This document shows, one piece after another, positions 35,801 through 43,372 of a stretch of DNA of 64,000 nt. How positions within the stretch are numbered: position 1 is the first letter of the stretch; each line of letters opens with the position of its first letter. The notes under the pieces were generated by a model. That model was not told the origin of the DNA. It was given only the letters and a program-made list of their open reading frames with translations, and did not search any database. A program made the translations under genes and the position numbers. The DNA is from Candidatus Latescibacterota bacterium (GTDB taxonomy: Bacteria; Latescibacterota; UBA2968): NCBI GenBank assembly GCA_965116885.1, contig OZ220741.1, forward strand, positions 851,076 through 915,075, written 5' to 3'.

Positions 35801-38550
35801 TGCAAAATGTGGATGTATCCATTCCCCGCGAAAAAATGACCGTGATTTCCGGCGTATCGGGTTCGGGAAAATCTTCCCTAACACTCGACACAATTTACGC
35901 CGAGGGACAGCGGCGATATGTCGAATCCCTATCCGCTTATGCGCGACAATTTTTGGGACAAATGCCCAAACCAAAGGTCGATCGCGTGGTGGGCCTGTCG
36001 CCCGCGATTGCCATTGAACAAAAAGCCGCGAGCAAAAACCCGCGCTCAACCGTAGGCACCGTAACAGAGGTGTACGATTACCTGCGGGCACTCTACGCAT
36101 TATTGGGCGATACCTATTGTCCAGATTGCGATATATTAGCGGGCAGTCAGTCCGTGCAGGAAATTGTAGCGCGCGTACTGAAAATGAAACGACGCCTCTA
36201 CCTTCTCGCACCCATAGAACTCGGCAAAGGCGAAGATTATACCAGCTTGATCAACCGCTTTCGCCGCAAAGGCTATTTGCGCGGCAGGCTCAATGGCGAA
36301 GTTTTCAACCTGTCAAACCCACCCGAGATCGATTACAGACAGACCCACAGGCTCGAAATCCTGATAGATCGCGTAATCGCAGCAAAAAAGAACCGCAAAC
36401 GCATCGCGGACTCCATCGAAATCGCGCTGGATATTTCAGGGGGCATTTTGATCGTCGCATCGCCCGATGACAGCGAAGAAACGCGATTTAGCCAGCACCT
36501 CTCGTGTTCATCCTGCGGGCGCAGTTTTGAAACAATAACCCCTCAGCACCTATCATTCAACAGCTCTGAAGGCTGGTGTTTGTCGTGCGAAGGATTGGGC
36601 ACACAGCGCGGCATGGGCATCCACACATTAATCCCCGATATTCACAAATCACTATCTGAAGGCGCAGTACTCGCCTGGGGAAAAGTAGAACCGCACACAC
36701 AAATAGGCGACATGCTATCTGCGGTCGGCGCAGCTGCGGGCTTTGACCTGCACACCCCTTTCGCGCAAATATCAACGGAAGGACAACACGCAATCTTATA
36801 CGGCCTGGGCACACAGTGGCTAAAAACCTCTAAAAATCTCTCATTCCAATTCAAGGGCCTGTTTCCCACAATCGAGACCCTCGTGCGACAAGCGCCGCGA
36901 TTTCGGCGGCTAATGGGTGACTTTATCCAGGACGTGCCGTGTCCCTCCTGCAAGGGATCCCGCCTGAAGCCAGAAAGTACTGCCATAAAACTATTTGGCA
37001 AAACAATGCCCCAACTGGTGGCAATGCCCATCCGCGAAGTACGCACCTATTTTGACGCAATGGTATTGGAAGGGCAGGCGCGCGAAGCCGCCGCAGAGGT
37101 ATTGCACGAAATCCAGAGCCGCCTGCGGTTTCTCGACGAAGTGGGCCTGGGATATTTGAACCTGGGACGGCGAGCACCCACGCTATCGGGCGGCGAAGCC
37201 CAGCGCATCCGCCTCGCCAGCCAGATCGGCTCCGGTCTCACCGGGGTCCTCTACGTACTCGACGAACCGACAATTGGCCTGCACCAGCGCGACAACCACC
37301 AGTTACTGGCTGCACTGGCACAACTGCGCGACCTGGGCAATTCTCTACTCGTTGTCGAACACGACCGCGAGACCTTGAATCGGGCAGATCACATTCTGGA
37401 CTTTGGGCCGGGCGCAGGTGTTGAAGGCGGACGCATTGTAGCCGCTGGCAATCCGCGCAAATTGAAAACCGAAAACGGCTCAATAACCGCGCATTATCTC
37501 GCGGGCGATTTACAAATCGAGATCCCCGATGAGCGGCGAAACCCCGAACGGGGATCGCTTTGCGTGGTAGGCGCTCGGCATAACAACTTAAAAAACGTCG
37601 ATGTCTCATTTCCGCTGGGCACCTTGACCTGCGTAACCGGCGTATCGGGATCGGGCAAAAGTTCGCTCGTCAACGACGTACTTTTCGGCGCACTCGCCGC
37701 CCGCGTGAACCGCGCCCAAAAAGCCTGGGGAGAACACGACGAGGTCCTGGGATTGGAACGCATCGACAAAGTGATCAACATCGACCAGACGCCCATTGGC
37801 TATTCGCCGCGCAGCAATCCCGCGACCTATGTCAAAGTGTTCGACAAAATACGCACCCTGTACGCCAGCTTACCAGACGCCCAGGTACGCGGATTTAAAA
37901 CCGGGCATTTCAGCTTTAATCACAAACGCGGGCGGTGCGATGCCTGTGCGGGTTTGGGCGCGCGCCGTATTGAAATGCACTTCTTGCCCGATGTGTGGAT
38001 CACATGTGAAAATTGTGGCGGAAAGCGCTACAACCGCGACGTAATTGATATAACTTATAAGGGCGCGTCAATTGCCGATGTGCTAAAAATGACAGTAGCC
38101 GAAGCCCTATCGCATTTTACCCATATACCCGGCATCCAGCGCTCACTCCAAACGCTATTTGACGTGGGCCTGGGCTATATCAAAATGGGACAGGCATCGA
38201 CCACGCTCTCAGGCGGCGAAGCCCAGCGCGTGAAATTGGCGCGCGAATTGGCGCGACCGAGCACGGGCAAAACCGTATATATCCTCGACGAACCCACAAC
38301 GGGATTGCACTTTGCTGACATCCAGAAACTACTCGACGTACTCAACCGCCTCGTCAACGCGGGCAACACCGCAATCGTAATCGAACACAACCTGGACGTA
38401 ATCAAAACCGCCGATTGGGTCATCGACCTGGGGCCAGAAGGCGGAGAAGATGGCGGCGATTTAATTGCTTGCGGAACGCCCGAAGATGTGGTATCTGTTA
38501 CCGCTTCTCATACCGGACGATTTTTGAAGGATGCGCTGGAGGAAAAATGA
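32899..38550 (+). CDS. uvrA: Tandem-fused excinuclease ABC subunit A (UvrA-UvrA, 1883 aa)
   Basis: A single ORF containing two complete UvrA units. It has four GVSGSGKSS Walker A motifs, four LSGGEAQR signatures, four LDEP(S/T)xGLH Walker B motifs, and CxxC...CxxC zinc modules in each half. Confidence 0.9.
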   Translation: METKSIVVKGARVHNLQNVDLTLPRHALICFTGVSGSGKSSMAFDTIYAEGQRRYVESLSAYARQFLGQMEKPEVDHITGLSPTISIEQKTAGRNPRSTVGTMTEIYDYLRVLFARIGTPHCIHDDTPIGAQTRDGIVDQIMALGEGTRIHILSSLVQGRKGEYHDLFENLQKEGYIRARVDGQIVTLTQTPKLERYKRHDIEVVIDRIIAKKTMRGRIGEAVDAGLIMGKGAIIVSAEGEDDLLLSTHFSCPTCGRSAQEPVPQLFSFNSPQGMCPGCRGLGTRFAMDLAKAIPNPELSVIEGAIAPLGVPKNRWKAHYYAGVLKRHGADLQTPWKRISPEGQQALLYGIDGKMTFEWRRSNGSIKRHRDGFEGILPPMERQYAEGRSQIVRKRLAPFMRVGICPVCEGTRLKPEALSVKIEGQTLPDVTAMTVDRAHAFFQSLKLTETQARIAEDALKEIRGRLKFLLDVGLDYLTLNRTAPTLSGGEAQRIRLASQIGSGLVGVTYVLDEPSIGLHHRDNRRLLDALCHLRDVGNTVIVVEHDEDTMRRADRVIDFGPGPGHLGGRIVAEGSWKQIARRTRSVTGAYLSGKEKIAVPERRSVSHRGLWIRGARHNNLKNIDVKIPIGVFTCITGVSGSGKSSLIADILYPALARELNRAETETGAHRCIEGIGLLDKVIEINQQPIGRTPRSNAATYTGVFDPIRKLFAELPESKVRGYKPGRFSFNVKGGRCEACKGNGANLVEMDFLADVWVTCPVCEGRRFNRETLDIKYKGKSIADVLAMEVEEAHLFFQAIPGIHRILQTLVDVGMGYVKLGQPAPTLSGGEAQRVKLSKELCRRSTGKTLYILDEPTTGLHFADIQNLLNVLHRLADMGNSVVVIEHNLDVIKTADWVIDLGPEGGEDGGQIIAEGTPEHLTQSPNSHTGRALGEVLTHTPLISGKNGKRIANGQVRTIDVVGARENNLQNVDVSIPREKMTVISGVSGSGKSSLTLDTIYAEGQRRYVESLSAYARQFLGQMPKPKVDRVVGLSPAIAIEQKAASKNPRSTVGTVTEVYDYLRALYALLGDTYCPDCDILAGSQSVQEIVARVLKMKRRLYLLAPIELGKGEDYTSLINRFRRKGYLRGRLNGEVFNLSNPPEIDYRQTHRLEILIDRVIAAKKNRKRIADSIEIALDISGGILIVASPDDSEETRFSQHLSCSSCGRSFETITPQHLSFNSSEGWCLSCEGLGTQRGMGIHTLIPDIHKSLSEGAVLAWGKVEPHTQIGDMLSAVGAAAGFDLHTPFAQISTEGQHAILYGLGTQWLKTSKNLSFQFKGLFPTIETLVRQAPRFRRLMGDFIQDVPCPSCKGSRLKPESTAIKLFGKTMPQLVAMPIREVRTYFDAMVLEGQAREAAAEVLHEIQSRLRFLDEVGLGYLNLGRRAPTLSGGEAQRIRLASQIGSGLTGVLYVLDEPTIGLHQRDNHQLLAALAQLRDLGNSLLVVEHDRETLNRADHILDFGPGAGVEGGRIVAAGNPRKLKTENGSITAHYLAGDLQIEIPDERRNPERGSLCVVGARHNNLKNVDVSFPLGTLTCVTGVSGSGKSSLVNDVLFGALAARVNRAQKAWGEHDEVLGLERIDKVINIDQTPIGYSPRSNPATYVKVFDKIRTLYASLPDAQVRGFKTGHFSFNHKRGRCDACAGLGARRIEMHFLPDVWITCENCGGKRYNRDVIDITYKGASIADVLKMTVAEALSHFTHIPGIQRSLQTLFDVGLGYIKMGQASTTLSGGEAQRVKLARELARPSTGKTVYILDEPTTGLHFADIQKLLDVLNRLVNAGNTAIVIEHNLDVIKTADWVIDLGPEGGEDGGDLIACGTPEDVVSVTASHTGRFLKDALEEK

Positions 38551-39734
38551 TATCTCGCATATTGATATGCACAATTGTATTACTCTCTGCGAGCAGTGCC
38601 ATAGCCGACCCTTCCAAAATCGACTTTTGGAGTACGCAGCGCAAGGGCGCCAATCAACAAAATGCGCAACACCGTCCCGAATGGTACGTTGCAGCGGGGG
38701 AATTGGGATTGGATTATGTACGCATCTTGCCCGATGCCTGGCCCGCCGAGGGCAGGGACTTCCTGATAGGCAATGCGGACAACTTTGAAGCAATCAACGA
38801 AACCGATCTGTCCCTATTGATCAAAGCACTCGACGAAGCCGAACGCAACGGCATTAAAGTCGTCCTTACAATGGTCAGCCTACCCGGCGCCCGCTGGAAA
38901 CAACTGAACAATGACAAGGATGATGCGCGGCTCTGGAAAGACAAAAAATATCATCTACAAGCCTTTGAATTCTGGCGTCAACTCGCCGCACGCCTGAAAA
39001 CACACCCCGCCATTGTCGCCTACAACCCCCTCAACGAACCACACCCGGACAAGGCCTTCGGCTTTGATGCGCCAGACGAAAACTTCGCCCAGTGGTTCAA
39101 GCACATCCAGAACACGGCAGCCGACCTCAACCAATTCAACCGGGAAATGGTCAAAGCAATCCGCTCCGTAGATACACACACCCCCATCATCCTCGACGGC
39201 TGGTTCTATGCATCTCCCAGGGCATTCGACTACAATCGACCCGTTGACGATGACAAGGTCTTGTACGCCTTTCACAACCCCGGTCCCTGGCAAATGGTAA
39301 CCTATCGCGTCAATAAAGGCAGATACGCCTATCCGGACCGCGTGCCCAAATCGTGGAACGGACCAACAGAATCCTGGACAATTGATCGCCTTGCGCAGCA
39401 AATGCACGCAGTTCAAAAATTCTCCGAACAATACAACATACCCGCACATCGAATCATCGCCTCTGAATTCTGGTACGACCGTCGCCTTGAAGGCGCGGCA
39501 GCATATATGGCCGACCTCATCGAAATCTATAACCAGCGCGACTGGCACTGGGCTTTTTATGCCTTTCGCGGCAGTGGCACATGGACCGGACTCGATTACG
39601 AAATTCCGCCAGGTCAAAAAATGGGTTGGCGTTACTGGCAAGCCATTGAACAGGGCAAAGATCCCGAACCTCTCAAACCGAGAGGACCGAATCCCTTATG
39701 GGAAATACTGCGGCGGCAGTTTGAAAAAAAGTGA
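38547..39734 (+). CDS. Glycoside hydrolase family 5 (cellulase-like), secreted
   Basis: Signal peptide MISRILICTIVLLSASSAIA, NPLNEPH (acid/base Glu) and IIASEFW (nucleophile Glu). The ATG overlaps the uvrA stop (ATGA). Confidence 0.75.
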   Translation: MISRILICTIVLLSASSAIADPSKIDFWSTQRKGANQQNAQHRPEWYVAAGELGLDYVRILPDAWPAEGRDFLIGNADNFEAINETDLSLLIKALDEAERNGIKVVLTMVSLPGARWKQLNNDKDDARLWKDKKYHLQAFEFWRQLAARLKTHPAIVAYNPLNEPHPDKAFGFDAPDENFAQWFKHIQNTAADLNQFNREMVKAIRSVDTHTPIILDGWFYASPRAFDYNRPVDDDKVLYAFHNPGPWQMVTYRVNKGRYAYPDRVPKSWNGPTESWTIDRLAQQMHAVQKFSEQYNIPAHRIIASEFWYDRRLEGAAAYMADLIEIYNQRDWHWAFYAFRGSGTWTGLDYEIPPGQKMGWRYWQAIEQGKDPEPLKPRGPNPLWEILRRQFEKK

Positions 39735-39754
39735 ATCGGTTGTCCTGTCTTACT

Positions 39755-40105
39755 CTATCGTGTGATATACCTGGGACGATTGACGGCTTCTGCGACCTGA
39801 ATATGTGCGCTATGTCCAATTTTTGGCCGAACGACAATATCGATGTCACGGTCTAATGCCCGCAAGAAAGACAACAGACGCTCGATAGAAAATCCGGCTA
39901 ATCGTCCATTCTTAAGTGCAGAGACTTTGGGTTGGTCAATACCGAGAACACCTGCGGCTTTTTTTTGCGTCCAACCCTTTTGTCCAATGATTTTATTAAT
40001 TTGAATTGCCAAATCTGATTTTGCCAATTCTTCTTCTGGACGGTCAAATCCCAGGTCCTTGAATACGTTGCCCGACCCGACTGTGTAGTCTGCTTTTTCG
40101 CTCAT
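39755..40105 (-). CDS. XRE-family HTH antitoxin
   Basis: WTQKKAAGVLGIDQPKVSALKNGRLAGFSIERLL. 4-nt overlap with the upstream toxin gene. Confidence 0.75.
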   Translation of the reverse strand: MSEKADYTVGSGNVFKDLGFDRPEEELAKSDLAIQINKIIGQKGWTQKKAAGVLGIDQPKVSALKNGRLAGFSIERLLSFLRALDRDIDIVVRPKIGHSAHIQVAEAVNRPRYITR

Positions 40106-40461
40106 GTTTTATTTTCCTTTGCAATTTGTTCTGCCATTTTCAAACGTCTTTTTATCGTATCCAGATCGCGTTTTGTTGTTGCAATACCGCGTTTTGATTT
40201 TTTTTGAAAGACATGCAAGACATAGATGTTGTCGTCAATTTTTATTGCATAAACTGCTCGATAAGTGTTTGTTGCATAATCGCTGACAATTTCAATGACG
40301 CCAGAAAAGCCCTTTAACGTCTTTGCTTTATGAGACCTTTCTCCAACTTCCTCCATGTGAAGCGCGTGTCCAATTTCTCGTCTCACTGCACCAGGAAGTT
40401 TCCGCAGGTCTCTTAGCGATGAACCGATCCAGATAATGGATCTTTGGAGTTTTGCATCCAT
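40102..40461 (-). CDS. RelE/ParE-superfamily toxin (Gp49/HigB-like)
   Basis: IIWIGSSLRDLRKLPGAVRREIGHAL...YRAVYAIKIDDNIYVLHVFQKKS is the typical phage Gp49-like toxin pattern. Start taken at ATG 40461. Confidence 0.7.
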   Translation of the reverse strand: MDAKLQRSIIWIGSSLRDLRKLPGAVRREIGHALHMEEVGERSHKAKTLKGFSGVIEIVSDYATNTYRAVYAIKIDDNIYVLHVFQKKSKRGIATTKRDLDTIKRRLKMAEQIAKENKT

Positions 40462-40577
40462 AATAGATAATATGCTAAATTTAGTATATTTTTGCAAGTG
40501 GACTTGACCTGTTTTGGTGGTTACCTTATTAGTATTCTTAATTTTCAATTTCTAATTAGCATTCTCAGGAGGCATTA

Positions 40578-41357
40578 ATGTCATTGTTTTCACTCGAAGG
40601 TCGCGTCGCCATAGTAACTGGAGCGGGGCGTGGTATTGGACGTGGTATTGCAGAGGGATTGGCTACACAGGGCGCGAAAATTGTATGTGCTGCACGCACG
40701 CGGTCTCAACTGGATGAAGTCGTAGCCACAATTCGAAAAGCGGGAGGCGACGCCATCGCTTATGAAATGGACATGAAAGACCTGGATTCCGTGCGCGGAG
40801 GCGTCGATACAGCCCTTGAAACCTATGGACAAATTGACATCCTCGTCAACAACGCGGGCATGAACATACGCGAGCCATTTGAAGACGTAACAGAAGAACA
40901 CTACGACGAAATCATGGCCGTCAACTTGAAGGGCCTCTACTTCTTAACACAGACCGCAGTCAAACACATGATCTCGCGCAAACAGGGCAAAATCATCCAC
41001 ATCGGCTCATTGACAACCGACTGGTCCTTATCGCAAATTTCTGTCTATACCGCCACCAAAGGCGCCGTTGGACAACTCGCCAAAGCCCAGGCATTAGAAC
41101 TGGGCAAGCACAACATCCAGGTAAACACAATATGCCCGGGCTTTGTGGTCACGCCATTGACCGAGCGGCTCTGGGAAAATGATACAATGCGCGAATGGGG
41201 CGAATCCCGTCTGCCCATAAAGCGATTGGCAACACCCGAAGACCTCGTCGGCACAGCCGTATTCCTCGCCGCGCCCGCATCGGACTACGTCACCGGACAA
41301 TCCATCTACGTAGATGGCGGCTTCATGGCCGGCGAAGCCTGGCCCTTGCCGGAGTAA
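40578..41357 (+). CDS. SDR family oxidoreductase
   Basis: VTGAGRGIGRGIA (TGxxxGxG), NNAG, YTATKGAV (YxxxK). Confidence 0.9.
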   Translation: MSLFSLEGRVAIVTGAGRGIGRGIAEGLATQGAKIVCAARTRSQLDEVVATIRKAGGDAIAYEMDMKDLDSVRGGVDTALETYGQIDILVNNAGMNIREPFEDVTEEHYDEIMAVNLKGLYFLTQTAVKHMISRKQGKIIHIGSLTTDWSLSQISVYTATKGAVGQLAKAQALELGKHNIQVNTICPGFVVTPLTERLWENDTMREWGESRLPIKRLATPEDLVGTAVFLAAPASDYVTGQSIYVDGGFMAGEAWPLPE

Positions 41358-41368
41358 GGGAGAAAACA

Positions 41369-42367
41369 ATGGCGCGATATGACATACAACAAGAAAACTT
41401 CCACGGACACGCACTCTACGTATTGCGGGATATTGAAACCAATCGTGAAGCCAGCATTTTGCCCTCGGTGGGCAACAATTGTATCTCGTACAAAATCCCA
41501 AAAGGCGATGACCTGCTGGAACTCATTTACGCCCCACCCGATCCCGACACCCTGCAAGGCCGCGCAAGCGGGTACGGCACGCCCATATTATATCCCTGGC
41601 CCAACCGCATAGACAGCGGCAAATTCACATTTGACGGCGTGGAATACCAGCTCCAAACCCCTGCCCCGGGCGAACACGCCTCTCACGGCTACGTCCACGA
41701 ACGCCCCTGGCGCGTAGTCGAATCCGGCACCTCAGAAAGCGCGTGGGTAACCAGCGTCTTCACATCGTCGGACTTCCCCGAAATCGGCACACACTTTCCC
41801 TTCCCCTTTGAAGCGCGGGTAACATATCGGCTGAAAAACGGCGTACTATCCCTCGAATTTGAAAGCACCAACGTAGGCGACAGCGACATGCCCGTCGGCC
41901 TCGGCATCCATCCCTATTTCCCCCTGCCCCTCACTGAAAGTGGCAACCGGGATATATGCACCGTACACATGCCCGCATCGACCTACTGGCCCTTGCGCGA
42001 CGACCCGATACCCACAGGAGAAATACTACCCGTTGACGGCACCGTATTTGACGTACGCAAAAACACGCCCTTAAAAGACCGGTATTACGACAACGTCTGG
42101 TCCGGCGTATCTCTGACCGACGGGTGGAGCCGATGTGAATACACCGACCCAACCGAAGGCGTAACCATCGCAATGGAAGCCAATGACGCATTCCGCGAAC
42201 TCGTACTCTACGCCCCCGACACCCGTCCCATTATCTGCTTTGAACCCTACACCTGCGTCACCAACGCCTTCAACCTGCAAAACCAGGGCATCGACGCGGG
42301 CCTGATACGCCTCCAACCCGGCGAAAAGCTAACCGGAATAATGCGGATTGTAGGTGAATTATTGTAG
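41369..42367 (+). CDS. Aldose 1-epimerase (galactose mutarotase-like)
   Basis: ILPSVGNNCISY..., YPWPNRI, HGYVHERPW, GIHPYF. Start taken at ATG 41369. Confidence 0.8.
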   Translation: MARYDIQQENFHGHALYVLRDIETNREASILPSVGNNCISYKIPKGDDLLELIYAPPDPDTLQGRASGYGTPILYPWPNRIDSGKFTFDGVEYQLQTPAPGEHASHGYVHERPWRVVESGTSESAWVTSVFTSSDFPEIGTHFPFPFEARVTYRLKNGVLSLEFESTNVGDSDMPVGLGIHPYFPLPLTESGNRDICTVHMPASTYWPLRDDPIPTGEILPVDGTVFDVRKNTPLKDRYYDNVWSGVSLTDGWSRCEYTDPTEGVTIAMEANDAFRELVLYAPDTRPIICFEPYTCVTNAFNLQNQGIDAGLIRLQPGEKLTGIMRIVGELL

Positions 42368-42391
42368 GGGCGACCCCCTGTGGTCGCCCGC
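42364..42391. repeat. REP element, subfamily A
   Basis: gtaggggcgaccccctgtggtcgcccgc. Its TAG (42365-42367) is the stop codon of the epimerase gene. Confidence 0.9.
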
Positions 42392-42399
42392 TGACCGCT

Positions 42400-42425
42400 G
42401 GGACGGCACAGGGGCCGTCCCCTAC
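42400..42425. repeat. REP element, subfamily B (inverted orientation)
   Basis: gggacggcacaggggccgtcccctac, identical to the copy at 59089 and the reverse complement of the copy at 51032. Confidence 0.9.
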
Positions 42426-42449
42426 CGCTGATCGCTGAAAGCTTTTATT

Positions 42450-43043
42450 ATGACCGACCGATTACAACAACAAATTGAATTTCTCCTCGAAATCGATAAA
42501 CTCAAACAAATCATTCGGCAAACCTATTTGCTCGACGAAACGCGGAAAGAAAACGACGCTGAACACTCGTGGCATTTTGCCATGTTTGCGCTCATCCTCG
42601 CGGAATACGCGCCCGAGCCAGTGGATATCCTAAAAGTAATCAAAATGGCACTGGTACACGACCTCGTGGAAATCGACGCGGGCGACACCTTTCTCTACGA
42701 CGAAGCGGGCAATGCCAACAAAGCCGAACGCGAAGCAAAAGCCGCCGACCGCATCTTTGCGCTCTTGCCTGCAGAACAGGGCACAGAAATACGCGCATTG
42801 TGGGAAGAATTTGAAGCAAAAGAAACGCCCGAGGCAAAATTCGCGGGCGCAATAGACCGCTTCCAACCTTTTCTGCACAATTGCAATACTCAGGGACGCG
42901 CCTGGCGAGAGCACGGAATCACAGCCGACCGCGTCTTGCAAAGCAACAGCCATATCTCAATCGGCGCGCCAGTTCTATGGAACCGCGTACAAGAATTGGT
43001 TGATGAAATGGTCAATGAAGGATATATTGATCCTGGGAAATAG
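42450..43043 (+). CDS. HD-domain phosphohydrolase (YfbR-like 5-prime-nucleotidase family)
   Basis: ENDAEHSWH...ALVHDLVEIDAGD. Confidence 0.75.
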   Translation: MTDRLQQQIEFLLEIDKLKQIIRQTYLLDETRKENDAEHSWHFAMFALILAEYAPEPVDILKVIKMALVHDLVEIDAGDTFLYDEAGNANKAEREAKAADRIFALLPAEQGTEIRALWEEFEAKETPEAKFAGAIDRFQPFLHNCNTQGRAWREHGITADRVLQSNSHISIGAPVLWNRVQELVDEMVNEGYIDPGK

Positions 43044-43108
43044 AGGGACTAAGAAATCACACAGTACACTATAAAATCGTTAAACATGTGATACGAGGTG
43101 ATCATAAA

Positions 43109-43342
43109 ATGAACTGGGATAAATGCACAGCCGTCGAACGACATCCGGCCAAAGTGAGCGGAGCCTGGGTATTTCGTGGAACGCGCGTCCCTGTATATGC
43201 CCTGTTCGAAAATCTTCGAGAAGGTGCTTCCGTCGAGCAATTTCTCGATTGGTTCCACGGCGTCGAAGAATGGCAGGTGAAAGCTGTTCTGGACCACGAA
43301 GCAAAGGCCCTGAAGGCTCTCTATTTGACAACACCAATTTGA
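43109..43342 (+). CDS. DUF433 domain protein
   Basis: VSGAWVFRGTRVPVYALFENL..G.SVEQFLDWF is the DUF433 pattern. GAGGTG RBS before ATG 43109. Confidence 0.65.
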   Translation: MNWDKCTAVERHPAKVSGAWVFRGTRVPVYALFENLREGASVEQFLDWFHGVEEWQVKAVLDHEAKALKALYLTTPI

Positions 43343-43372
43343 TTATCAGGCAAAAAAATGGGAGGACCAACC

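Noticed and set aside
38415-38546. In-frame upstream extension of the GH5 ORF overlapping the end of uvrA.
   Set aside because: The extension is Arg-rich and lies inside the conserved UvrA C-terminus. ATG 38547 yields a proper signal peptide.
41195-41368. Upstream extension of the aldose-epimerase ORF overlapping the SDR gene.
   Set aside because: The extension is an Arg/His-rich out-of-frame read of the SDR gene. ATG 41369 follows the SDR stop and gives a normal epimerase N-terminus.
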